64,000 nucleotides of DNA from Alphaproteobacteria bacterium (lineage in GTDB: Bacteria > Pseudomonadota > Alphaproteobacteria > SP197), in assembly GCA_964291265.2 (NCBI GenBank), contig OZ219746.1:324064-388063 (forward strand). The letters run 5' to 3'. Position numbers and translations under genes: made by a program. Shown piece by piece: positions 21,053 to 29,871 of this stretch; within the stretch, counting starts at the first letter, position 1, and each line of letters opens with the position of its first letter. The notes under the pieces were generated by a model. The model had not been told where the DNA came from and ran no database searches. It saw nothing but the letters and a program-made list of their open reading frames with translations.

Positions 21053-22417
21053 ATGCGAGAAGGCAGTCTCGATGCGCCCACGCGCCACACCGTGGACTGG
21101 CGCCATCCCGATTTCGTCGATGCCGGGAGCATTGACGCCGAGTTGCGGCGTGTCTTCGACATCTGTCACGGATGCCGCAGATGTTTCAACCTGTGCGATG
21201 CCTTCCCCCGCCTCTTCGATCTCATCGACGCCTCGCCAACCGGTGAACTCGAGTCCGTGGACAGCGTTGCGTTCCCGTCTGTCACGGATGCCTGCACGTT
21301 CTGCGACATGTGTTTCATGACCAAGTGTCCCTACGTGCCGCCCCACGAATTCGATCTCGACTTTCCCCATCTCATGCTCCGCGTCAGGGCAGCCGAATTT
21401 AGCCGTGGCGAACGCAGCTTCATGGACCGGCGGATCGCGGACACCGACACCAACGGTCGTCTGGGAACGACCTTCTCGCCCCTCGCCAACTGGGCACTCG
21501 CCGGGAAGAACCGTCTGACCCGCTCCCTGATGCAGTCGGCTTGCGGGATTCATGCCGAGGCCGAACTCCCCCGGTTCAATGCGCGGAGCCTGGTTGCCAT
21601 TGCTGCCCGGGGGCCTCTCGACGTCAACCGCGAGGCCCCGGCCTATCCTCGCAAGGCGGTCATCTATGCCACCTGTTTTTCCAACTGGAACGACGCAGGG
21701 ATCGGTGACGCATTCCGGCGTATCCTGGCCCACAACGGCATCGAGACCGCGGTGGTCCATCCGGGTTGCTGCGGCATGCCGAAACTGGAACTCGGTGATC
21801 TTGCGGACGTGGCAAGGCGCGCCCGGCGCGTATCCGGGGAATTGCTGGGTTGGCACGAGGACGGGTGGGATATCGTCTCCCTTGTGCCCTCGTGTTCGCT
21901 GATGATGAAGTTCGAATGGCCGTTGATCGCCCCGGACGATGGGTCCGTCACCCGCCTGGCTTCGGTGGCTCGGGATGCCAGCGAGTACATTGTCCAGATT
22001 GCCCGGTCCGAGGGTCTCGCCGAAGGCCTCGAACCGATCGACGGGCCGGTGACCCTCCATGTTGCCTGCCACGCGCGGGCCCAGAACATGGGGGCGAAGG
22101 CGGCAGAGATGCTGCGTCTGATTCCCGATACGGCCGTCAACGTCATCGAGAGGTGTTCGGGGCACGGCGGAACCTGGGGGGTGCGGACCGGCACCTTCGA
22201 AACCGGCATGAAGGTTGGAAGGAACGTCATGCGCAACGCTGCCAGGCACGATCCCTCGGGCGCCGGGGTGATCGTTTCGGAGTGCCCGCTGGCCGGTCCC
22301 CACATTGCTCAGGGGATCGCCCGCATGGAGGGTCGCGAGGCCCCGGCGCCTCAAACGTGCCATCCGGTGCAGCTGATGGCCCGTGCCTGGGGCCTCGATG
22401 GAGAACGTGCAGGATGA
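21053..22417 (+). CDS. Fe-S oxidoreductase (GlpC/HdrD-like, CCG domains)
   Basis: CHGCRRCFNLC, CTFCDMCFMTKCP, GCCGMP, RCSGHGG. Confidence 0.9.
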   Translation: MREGSLDAPTRHTVDWRHPDFVDAGSIDAELRRVFDICHGCRRCFNLCDAFPRLFDLIDASPTGELESVDSVAFPSVTDACTFCDMCFMTKCPYVPPHEFDLDFPHLMLRVRAAEFSRGERSFMDRRIADTDTNGRLGTTFSPLANWALAGKNRLTRSLMQSACGIHAEAELPRFNARSLVAIAARGPLDVNREAPAYPRKAVIYATCFSNWNDAGIGDAFRRILAHNGIETAVVHPGCCGMPKLELGDLADVARRARRVSGELLGWHEDGWDIVSLVPSCSLMMKFEWPLIAPDDGSVTRLASVARDASEYIVQIARSEGLAEGLEPIDGPVTLHVACHARAQNMGAKAAEMLRLIPDTAVNVIERCSGHGGTWGVRTGTFETGMKVGRNVMRNAARHDPSGAGVIVSECPLAGPHIAQGIARMEGREAPAPQTCHPVQLMARAWGLDGERAG

Positions 22418-22992
22418 AGCTTCACCGCGAGGACATCATCGCGCCTGCCGATTACGCAGGGGCGCGCGAGGAACATCGGGCCCGCATCCGCGAGATCAAG
22501 CGGCACCGGCGCATCGAGGTTGGTCCCTTCGTCACCTTTTTTTTCGAGAACCGCCAGACGATGTGGCACCAGATCCATGAAATGCTGCACATCGAAAAGG
22601 GTGGCGAGGAACAGATTGCCGACGAGCTCGACGCCTACAACCCGCTTGTTCCCGAAGGTCGTGATCTGCGCTCGACGATGATGATCGAAATGGACGACCC
22701 GATACGGCGCAACACGGTCCTGCGCCGTCTGGGGTGGATTGACGAGACGGTGTCGTTCCGGGTCGGTGACCGGTCGATCCTTGCAGAACCCCTTCAGGAC
22801 ACCGAACGCAACACGCCGGACGGCAAGACGAGCAGTATCCACTTCCTGGTGTTTCGCTTCGATGACGAAACCGTCGCCATGTTCCGTGACCCCGGAGTCC
22901 GCGTGGCCCTTGATGTCGGCCACGAGCACTATGGCCACCAGGCGATACTCCCGCCGCGGACCCGCGAATCCCTCGCCGGCGACTTTTCCTGA
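22414..22992 (+). CDS. DUF3501 family protein
   Basis: FENRQTMWHQIHEML, ELDAYNPLVP, GKTSSIHFL; typical partner of rubrerythrin and the Fe-S protein. Confidence 0.85.
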   Translation: MKLHREDIIAPADYAGAREEHRARIREIKRHRRIEVGPFVTFFFENRQTMWHQIHEMLHIEKGGEEQIADELDAYNPLVPEGRDLRSTMMIEMDDPIRRNTVLRRLGWIDETVSFRVGDRSILAEPLQDTERNTPDGKTSSIHFLVFRFDDETVAMFRDPGVRVALDVGHEHYGHQAILPPRTRESLAGDFS

Positions 22993-23303
22993 AGCAGGCC
23001 GTGGCGCGCTCAACGTCTCCGTCCGAGCACCGTTCCCGTCAAGTCGAAATCGGTGCTCCCCGCGGCGAGGTGACCGGTCATCGCCATGCGCCCGGCAAAC
23101 CGGAATTCGTCAGCATCCAGGTTGTCGTCTTCGACCGACAGGGTTGCCGAGATGGGACTCCCTGCGCTCGTGACAGTCAATTGCCGACGTTGCGCAGCTC
23201 GGCGCCGTCGATCCACGACACCTGCTCCTCCTTGGTCGAAAACCGTTCAGTAACGGTGCAATCGAGGTCGCCGCGGGACTCGTTGCCGACGACCCAGGCC
23301 CAG

Positions 23304-23504
23304 GTGCGGACCGAGGTGGTGTGGTTCAACTTTGCTCCCGACCGGGTGCACTGGTCGCGCTACGCGGGGCGGAACTTCACCGCCCGCCAGTGCATCAAGC
23401 GCAAGGCGGCCAACTGGGGGCGGCGCTACGAGGCCATGCCGCCGGGGGAACGTCTGGCCGTGCTGGCGGCGATCATGGCCGTCGAGGCCGGGGAGGGTTC
23501 GTGA
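23304..23504 (+). pseudogene. 3' fragment of a gene preceding IS66 (possibly the C-terminus of a DNA adenine methylase-like passenger)
   Basis: VRTEVVWFNF...RQCIKRKAANWGRRY...ERLAVLAAIMAVE; stop overlaps the GTG start of the transposase (GTGA). Confidence 0.4.
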
Positions 23505-24046
23505 CAGTCTCGCGCTGGCGCGAGGACATCGCCGCCCAGGACGAGGCCTTCGTGGGCCTTCAGGACCTGTTCAGTCCACACTCCTTCGCCGTGACTGCCG
23601 TCAAGGCCCTCCGGGATTGGGGCCAGGGGATGTTGCGCCTGAGTGAGGCGCTGGTCGGGGAGATCGAGGCGCTGGAGCGGGAGAACACCGGCTTGCGCGA
23701 ACGGATTGATGCACTCGAGCGCAGCGCCGCGCTCGACAGCTCCACCAGCTCCAAGCCACCGGCCAGCGACGGTCTGAAGAAGAACGGAACCCGACAGAAG
23801 CGCGCCCGGAGCCAGCGCGGCAAGTCCGACAGGCCCAGTGGCGGTCAGCGCGGCCACGAGGGAGTCACCCTGAAGCAGGCCGAGAACCCGGACCACGTCG
23901 TCGATCATGCTCCGTCTGCCTGTAAGGGCTGCGGCGCGCCGCTGTCGGATGATGACCGTCACGCAGAACCCGTCTGTCGGCAGGTCTTCGACATGCCCGA
24001 GCCGCAGCCCCTCGAGGTCACCGAACATCTGTCGGCGGCGATTTAG
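23501..24046 (+). mobile_element. IS66-family transposase N-terminal fragment (truncated)
   Basis: Coiled coil, DSSTSSKPPASD, GGQRGHEG, CKGCG zinc finger, RQVFDMP, VTEH; the DDE domain is missing. Confidence 0.85.
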
Positions 24047-24161
24047 AACGGCGGAATATTGGCGGAGAAGCGCTCTTTTGATCGCTGATCGTGTGAGTGG
24101 GTGACCACGGTAGGAGAACGTGCGGCATTGGATGAAGGTCCGCCCGGTCTTTGTTTTCTGC

Positions 24162-25240
24162 CTATTGTTGGATTCCATTGGTCTTGCGTTGACGTTGTGA
24201 CGATGTTGTTCCGGTCGGCGTTTTGAGACATTGAAGTTGATTTTTGTTCTTGATTTCCAGATTGGCTTCAAGCCGATCGCAAAGTGCTATAATTTGGTTA
24301 ATCTTGGCGACGATGCGGTGTTGTTCTTCGAGGGGTGGGAGGGGAAATGGCGAGTTTGCGAAATACTCCATCGGCACATGTTTGTGGCCAGCCGTTCCCG
24401 TCATTCTGGGGATAACACCTTCAATAAAGAATGAAGGCTGGTTTTGACCAGACGGTCCCGGATTTTTTCGCGCTTTTCCCGCGACGCTTGGAGCTGGTCG
24501 CAGAGCGCCAACATTTCGTGGGCCTTGGCGACGATACGATGCTGCTCAGCAAGGGGCGGGAGAGGAAATGGTGCGACGATGGCGTCTTTGGTGCGTAGCC
24601 TCGGCATTTTTGTACCCTGTCCAAGCGTCGTGACATATTCCACGAAGTCGGGGCGGCGTAAAGCGAGAGCGCAGTAATCGGAGCAGAAAGGCACATATGG
24701 ACGGATCGCAACGATTTCGGTTGTGGAGTAACCCAACTCATCAGCAAAGAGTGCCTTGTTTAGGTAGGGGCGTAGTTTTCCATACAGGATGTCATCGGGT
24801 TGAAATTCGGACTTTGTGCTTTTCGAATCACGCGCTGGGCTTCTCACCCTCGATGCGAATCGCCCTGTATCTTTTTCGATGTCTTCGAGTTCGAGGAGCC
24901 AGAGGGATGGATTGAGATCCTTGGGTTCTCGCTTGATGCCTGCGTCATAAAGAAACGCTGTGCCGATGGAGACCCACACCCAGCTTTTCGGAAGAACGAA
25001 CGGGATTCCTACAATCACGGGATCATTGGCAGTCTTTTTTCTCGCCCCCGCCTCGACCAGCCGCGCCTTCTCCGCTGCGATATTCTTCAGCAGTTTCGAT
25101 GCCGGCTCGTCCGTCGGATCCTGCTCCACCAGCTTTCCCCGAACGGCCAGATCGAGCACGAAACGACGCAGGCGGGGAACGGCTTCGGGTGTGTCGGCCA
25201 CGCGGTCGAGGAGAGCAAGCAAACGTTCGGCGTGTTTCAT
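24162..25240 (-). pseudogene. hsdS: Type I R-M specificity subunit, internally deleted and split (24401-25240 plus 24162-24404)
   Basis: LRRFVLDLAVRGKLVEQDP, DILYGKLRPYL, and PLPPL(A/E)EQHRIVAK twice in different frames. Confidence 0.85.
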
Positions 25241-25593
25241 GTCTTCGACGGTTCCAGCGCGTTCAGCATGGCCTGCACCACGGAACGCAGGGCTGGCAGA
25301 TCGTTGCGGGCATAGTCCCAGACATCTTCGGGCACGATGCTGTCGTAGCCGTGGGCAAGAACGTTCCGGAAACCGATAATCCTGGGCAGGTCCGGGATTT
25401 GATCCGCATGTTCGGGGTGGCTCCTGTACAAGCGGTTCAATGCCTCGCCGCTGATCTCGAACTTGCGCTCGACCGCGGCCCGGGTCCGCCGATCCCGAAG
25501 CCAGGCGTCGCGATCCATGTCCTCGATGAAGCGCTCGATGTCGGCACCCGTTTGCTCGACATCCCACAACGGGACGCGAGGGTCACTGCGCAT
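25237..25593 (-). CDS. HepT/DUF86 HEPN ribonuclease toxin
   Basis: AVERKFEISGEA, FRNVLAHGY (Rx4H plus Tyr). Confidence 0.9.
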   Translation of the reverse strand: MRSDPRVPLWDVEQTGADIERFIEDMDRDAWLRDRRTRAAVERKFEISGEALNRLYRSHPEHADQIPDLPRIIGFRNVLAHGYDSIVPEDVWDYARNDLPALRSVVQAMLNALEPSKT

Positions 25594-25894
25594 AGACGAG
25601 CTCGCGGGACTTGTCGATGGCCGCGCGCAGATAAGGGTTGCCGATCGCGCGGGTTTCGAGAAGATCGACTGGACAGCCAAGCGTCTCCCGTAACGCCTCG
25701 GCGAGATCGAAACGACGGTGGAACGGCCGCAGGTTGCTGGCGGGATCGAATTCGACCAGGAAGTCGGCGTCGCTGGTGGCGGGATCGAAATCAACGCCCC
25801 GCGCTGCCGAGCTGAACACTTCCAGACGTACGACATCGTAGCGGCGGCACAGTTCCGCCAACTCGTCTTTCTTGTCAGCAATGGCGACATGCAT
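25583..25894 (-). CDS. MntA-like minimal nucleotidyltransferase antitoxin
   Basis: LEVFSSAARG...SDADFLVEF; overlaps the HEPN gene. Confidence 0.85.
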   Translation of the reverse strand: MHVAIADKKDELAELCRRYDVVRLEVFSSAARGVDFDPATSDADFLVEFDPASNLRPFHRRFDLAEALRETLGCPVDLLETRAIGNPYLRAAIDKSRELVYAQ

Positions 25895-25939
25895 GACCAG
25901 TTCTCCTGCGCAGGCGGCAAACAAGACCCTTGCCCGTCG

Positions 25940-26895
25940 TCATCTCAGCAACGCTTCCGACAGGGCGTCCTTCAGCCGGTCGCGCAACGATGCGACTTCC
26001 GCCTCGGCGGCGTTCAACTCTGCGAGCAGCGTCTCCGGGTCGCCGAGGTCGGCACTCTCGGTGTGCGGGTTTCTGAGGTCGAGACTGTAGCCGCGTGCCT
26101 TGATGTCCCCGGCGCTCACCTTCCAGGCGTGCCCGCCTTCGGTGCGGCCCTTGCGTTCCTGTCCGCCCCACCAGCCGGCGCAATCGTCGAGATGCTCCAG
26201 CCGGATGGGACGCGTCATCGAATAGGCTTTCTGCCCCTCGGGCACAAGATGTTCCCAGAACCAGACCTCCCGCGTCGCCTCGCCCTTCTCGAAGAACAGC
26301 AGGTTGATCCCGATCGAGGCGTAGGGGCGGAAGACCGAGTTCGGCAAACTGACGATGGTGTGCAGATTGCATTCCTTCATCAGGCTCTCCTTGAGCCGGG
26401 TCTTGACACCTTCGCCGAACAGCGAGCCGTCGGGCAGGACCACGGCCGCCCGACCGCCGGGTTTCAACAGCCGGATGATGAGGGCCAGAAACAGGTCGCG
26501 GTCTCGCGCGTCTGGAAGTGCTTCGGGAAGTTGGACTCGATGCCGTCCTCTTCCTTGCCGCCTAAGGGCGGATTGGTCAGAACGATGTCCACGCGGTTGT
26601 CCCGTCCCCACGAAATCCGGGGACGCGCCAGCGTGTTGTCGTGGCGCAGGAAGGACGGATCCTCGATGCCGTGCAGCAGCATGTTGGTGGTCGCCAGCAT
26701 GTGGGGCAGCGGCTTCTTTTCCACGGCGCGCTTCGCCTGCCCCCGCGTGACCAGTTTGCCCCGAACGATGATCCGGCCTCTGGTAAAGCTAACCTCCTCC
26801 CGGATCTGCAACATCTCGTCCCACCCTGCTCGGCGCAGAGCAGGGGTAATGAATTTGGTGCAGATACCGCGTTCGGATAGGCCGCGCTTATCCAT
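25940..26895 (-). pseudogene. hsdR N-terminus fused in frame to hsdM C-terminal half; frameshift near 26497
   Basis: MDKRGLSERGICTKFITPAL...GRIIVRGK (HsdR N-term) joined to VEKKPLPHML...NMLLHG...TNPPLGG; continues in another frame as DLFLALIIRLLKPGGRAAVVLPDG (HsdM). Confidence 0.85.
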
Positions 26896-26926
26896 GGCGC
26901 TCACCCATCTATCAACCCGATGTCGC

Positions 26927-27115
26927 TCATCGGCGTTCCTCCGGTGAAGGTGGGGTCTCGGACGCATCCAGTGACTTCAGCTGCTGATACTCCTCAACGG
27001 AGAGCACGACAACGACAGACCGTCCGTGCTTGGCCACGGCGACGGGTTTGGTGCGGGCCAGATCGATCAAACGGCCGAAGCCGTACTTCGCATCCTTGGC
27101 GCTCAGGGTCTGCAT
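26927..27115 (-). CDS. Phd/YefM-family antitoxin-like protein (no adjacent toxin)
   Basis: SAKDAKYGFGRLID...PVAVAKHGRSVVVVLSVEEY. Confidence 0.85.
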   Translation of the reverse strand: MQTLSAKDAKYGFGRLIDLARTKPVAVAKHGRSVVVVLSVEEYQQLKSLDASETPPSPEERR

Positions 27116-27133
27116 GGGTCTTCCTGTTGACAC

Positions 27134-27170
27134 CTTTGTCATTCTGGCCAATTCGGCCAGAATGACAAAG
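27134..27170. promoter_or_regulatory. Perfect 16-bp inverted repeat upstream of phd-like gene; candidate operator
   Basis: CTTTGTCATTCTGGCC-AATTC-GGCCAGAATGACAAAG. Confidence 0.6.
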
Positions 27171-27271
27171 GGCAGACGCTGTCTCGCGTTTGCTGTGAAA
27201 CATCTCCGATCCCTGCGGCTCCTTGTTGTTGAATCAGAGCGCGAGCGCCCTGTCGGTCAGGCGCATCCTAG

Positions 27272-27709
27272 CCCGAAGTTCCAGGTGATTTCCTGCTGAT
27301 CTTCACAACAACTCGCTGATTTTGCGCTATTCATCGGATTCATCAGGCCTCACAGTGTACCCATGTACGAATGCACTTTGTGTTTGACATATGTCTGTGG
27401 TGCGCCTATGCACGGTAGCCATGTGCATCAAAGCCTTCCTCAACCGACCCCCTCCACCCGCCATCCTGCTCTGCGAGCCCCCGGCGCGAAGTCGGAAAGG
27501 TCAAGAAGCGCACCATCACCCGCAACACCGTGGTGCTCCACCTTGCGGGCGCCGGGCCCTTCAGGTCACCACGCGGCCCACGCCGCTCCAGAGAAGAGCA
27601 CTCAAACTCCTCGGCGTAAAGCCGTAGTGTACCCAGTCAGACGCCTCTGGGATCCATCGAATGTCATTCATATCAGATACTTGCGCCTGATCAGCCCTGG
27701 AATTTCGGC
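27272..27709 (+). mobile_element. IS1634-derived MITE, copy 1
   Basis: TIRs CCCGAAGTTCCAGG / CCTGGAATTTCGGC with CTAG on both flanks; remnants of transposase N-term (PPAILL, KVKKRTI) and C-term (TITRNTV, TRPTPLQRRALKLLGV); second copy at 40763-41199. Confidence 0.8.
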
Positions 27710-28191
27710 CTAGCGCCGCCAATCGGCCGGCATGCAGAGGCGGTCGGTTTCTTACGAGGCATCGAATCGCAAGTATGGCAGGAGAATTCGCGAGGCCGCC
27801 GACAAGGCCCTCGCCCCGGATCTGTTAGCAGGGCCACCTTGACAATGGGCTTCTGGCATGCGGGCGTGATCGATGCTCCGGGCTCACTTCTGGCTGGAAT
27901 GCTCCACGATGCCGGCGAGGATGCAGTGCCGGAACATCTCGAGCGGAGCCTGGAACCCGAGCCTATGAGCAAGACTTTCCTGCTGGAAAGTGCTACAGGG
28001 TTGCGGAGATGCACACGCTCGCGACCTTGCGATGAAGGGCATCGGCATGGGCAGCAGGGACGCCGCCGAAGCTCTTCTTGATGCGGAGGTGATCGAATGC
28101 CTCGAGGCGCCGGGTGCGAATCCCCGACCTGCAACCACGTCATCGGAACGGGTGGCCGGCAGGCTCCCGATGGATCGTCAGGAGAGTCGGG

Positions 28192-28671
28192 ATGAACGCT
28201 GACAACCCTCTGCTTTCGGACATCCACCAGGTGGAAGTGCCCGAATCATGGACGGATCACTACGGTCACATGAACGAAGGATACTTCGTCGTCGCGGCCA
28301 GTGACGCCTCATGGGCGTTCCAGGCTCACCTCGATATCGGCACGGCCTACTACGACAGGACGGGATGCGCCCTCGTGACGGTGGAAGCACATGTCCGGTA
28401 TCTTGCCGAGGTATCGAGGGGTGAATGCCTTTCCTTCGACAGCCTTGTCATCGGACACGATGCCAAACGCCTCCACATGGGTCACGTCTTTCGTGTCGGT
28501 GGGCGTGAATGCGGGACCATCGAGTGCATGTGGCTCCATCTTGATCACCGGACCGGGCGAACGAAACCCTTTCCTCCGGAGATCAATTCACGCCTTGGCG
28601 CACTGGCATGGACGGAACCTCCGGCGTGGGCCGCCCGTCGCATCGGTCTTCCCCGGGGCGGACATCGATGA
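28192..28671 (+). CDS. Hotdog-fold thioesterase (4HBT-like; resembles betainyl-CoA thioesterases)
   Basis: WTDHYGHMNEGYF, TVEAHVRYLAEV, DAKRLHM. Confidence 0.8.
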   Translation: MNADNPLLSDIHQVEVPESWTDHYGHMNEGYFVVAASDASWAFQAHLDIGTAYYDRTGCALVTVEAHVRYLAEVSRGECLSFDSLVIGHDAKRLHMGHVFRVGGRECGTIECMWLHLDHRTGRTKPFPPEINSRLGALAWTEPPAWAARRIGLPRGGHR

Positions 28672-28770
28672 CCTGGATGCCGACGACTCCAATCCCCGGC
28701 AGTTCTGCGCTATGGTGGCGCACCAGAGAACAGTGATTACCGGCGCACGGCCCGTGGTGAATTCGGCTCC

Positions 28771-29871
28771 ATGAAAATCTCCCACATTCTCGCTGTTGTC
28801 TTCGCGATGGGTGCAGCGGCCTGGGTGCTGTCCGGCAATCTCGGGGACGATGTGCCCGCGTCGGATGGCGAGGCAGAGCCGGCGCCGGAGGTCGTGGTCG
28901 AAACGCCTCCCGCCACCTCCGTCAGAGTGACAACGAGTGTCGCGACACCCCATTCGCTTGAACTGACACTGACGGGAAGGACAGCGGCCGAGAGAATTGT
29001 CGCGATCAGCGCGCAGACCCGGGGCCGTGTCGAAACCGTCGCGGTGAGGGAAGGTGATTTCGTCGAGGCCGGCGATCTGATTGCCGAGTTGGCGCCCGAT
29101 GATCGCATGGAGCGCCTGGAACGGGCCCGGTCAAATGTCCGACTCCGTGAAATCGAGTACGAGGCCGCTGTCAGGCTGGGTGAGAGTGGGTGGCAGTCCG
29201 AAGCCTCGGAGGCCGAGGCGTTGGCCCAGCTCGACCGGGCGCGTTCCGAACTTGCGGCCATCCGTCTCGATATCGAACACACGCGAATCAAGGCGCCGAT
29301 TCCAGGGATTCTCGAGGAACTCGACGTCGAGGAGGGGGCGGTCGTCTTCACCGGTGCAGCCGACTCGCTCGGCAGGATCGTCGATCTTGACCCGATCACG
29401 GTGATCGGTTTTGTCAGCGAAACCCGGGTGGGGAGCCTCGAGACCGGGACCCGGGGCACGGTGACGCTGGCAACGGGAGAGAACGTGGCAGGCATCGTGC
29501 GCTACATTGCCAGGACTGCGGATGAGCAGACCAGGACCTACAGGATCGAACTGGACATACCCAACCCGCAGCACACCATCCGGGCGGGCATGACAACGAT
29601 GGTGAAGCTGCCGCTGGCGACCGTTTCAAGCCACTTCCTATCGCCTTCGACCCTGTCTCTCGATGACTCGGGCTCGCTTGGCGTCAAGGTCATCGGCCAG
29701 GAATCGACGGTGCGTTTCCTGCCCGTGACGATCATTTCCGCCGAAGCCGATGGGTATCACGTCGCCGGACTCCCCGAGCGGGTGACGCTGATCACCGTCG
29801 GTCATGAATTCGTCACCGATGGTGAAGCGGTCATACCGGTCCACATCGACAGTTCTTCGGAGTCATCGTGA
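28771..29871 (+). CDS. RND efflux periplasmic adaptor subunit
   Basis: N-terminal TM, VREGDFVEAGD, IKAPIPG, ADEQTRTYRIE. Confidence 0.92.
   Translation: MKISHILAVVFAMGAAAWVLSGNLGDDVPASDGEAEPAPEVVVETPPATSVRVTTSVATPHSLELTLTGRTAAERIVAISAQTRGRVETVAVREGDFVEAGDLIAELAPDDRMERLERARSNVRLREIEYEAAVRLGESGWQSEASEAEALAQLDRARSELAAIRLDIEHTRIKAPIPGILEELDVEEGAVVFTGAADSLGRIVDLDPITVIGFVSETRVGSLETGTRGTVTLATGENVAGIVRYIARTADEQTRTYRIELDIPNPQHTIRAGMTTMVKLPLATVSSHFLSPSTLSLDDSGSLGVKVIGQESTVRFLPVTIISAEADGYHVAGLPERVTLITVGHEFVTDGEAVIPVHIDSSSESS

Noticed and set aside
23001-23300. Coding-like minus-strand fragments (AWVVGNESRGDLDC...; LTVTSAGSPIS...)
   Set aside because: Probably a gene remnant, but frameshifted and with no recognisable family.
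27720-28190. Possible decayed carnitine/3-hydroxyacyl-CoA dehydrogenase upstream of the thioesterase
   Set aside because: Resemblance too weak to call without a profile search.
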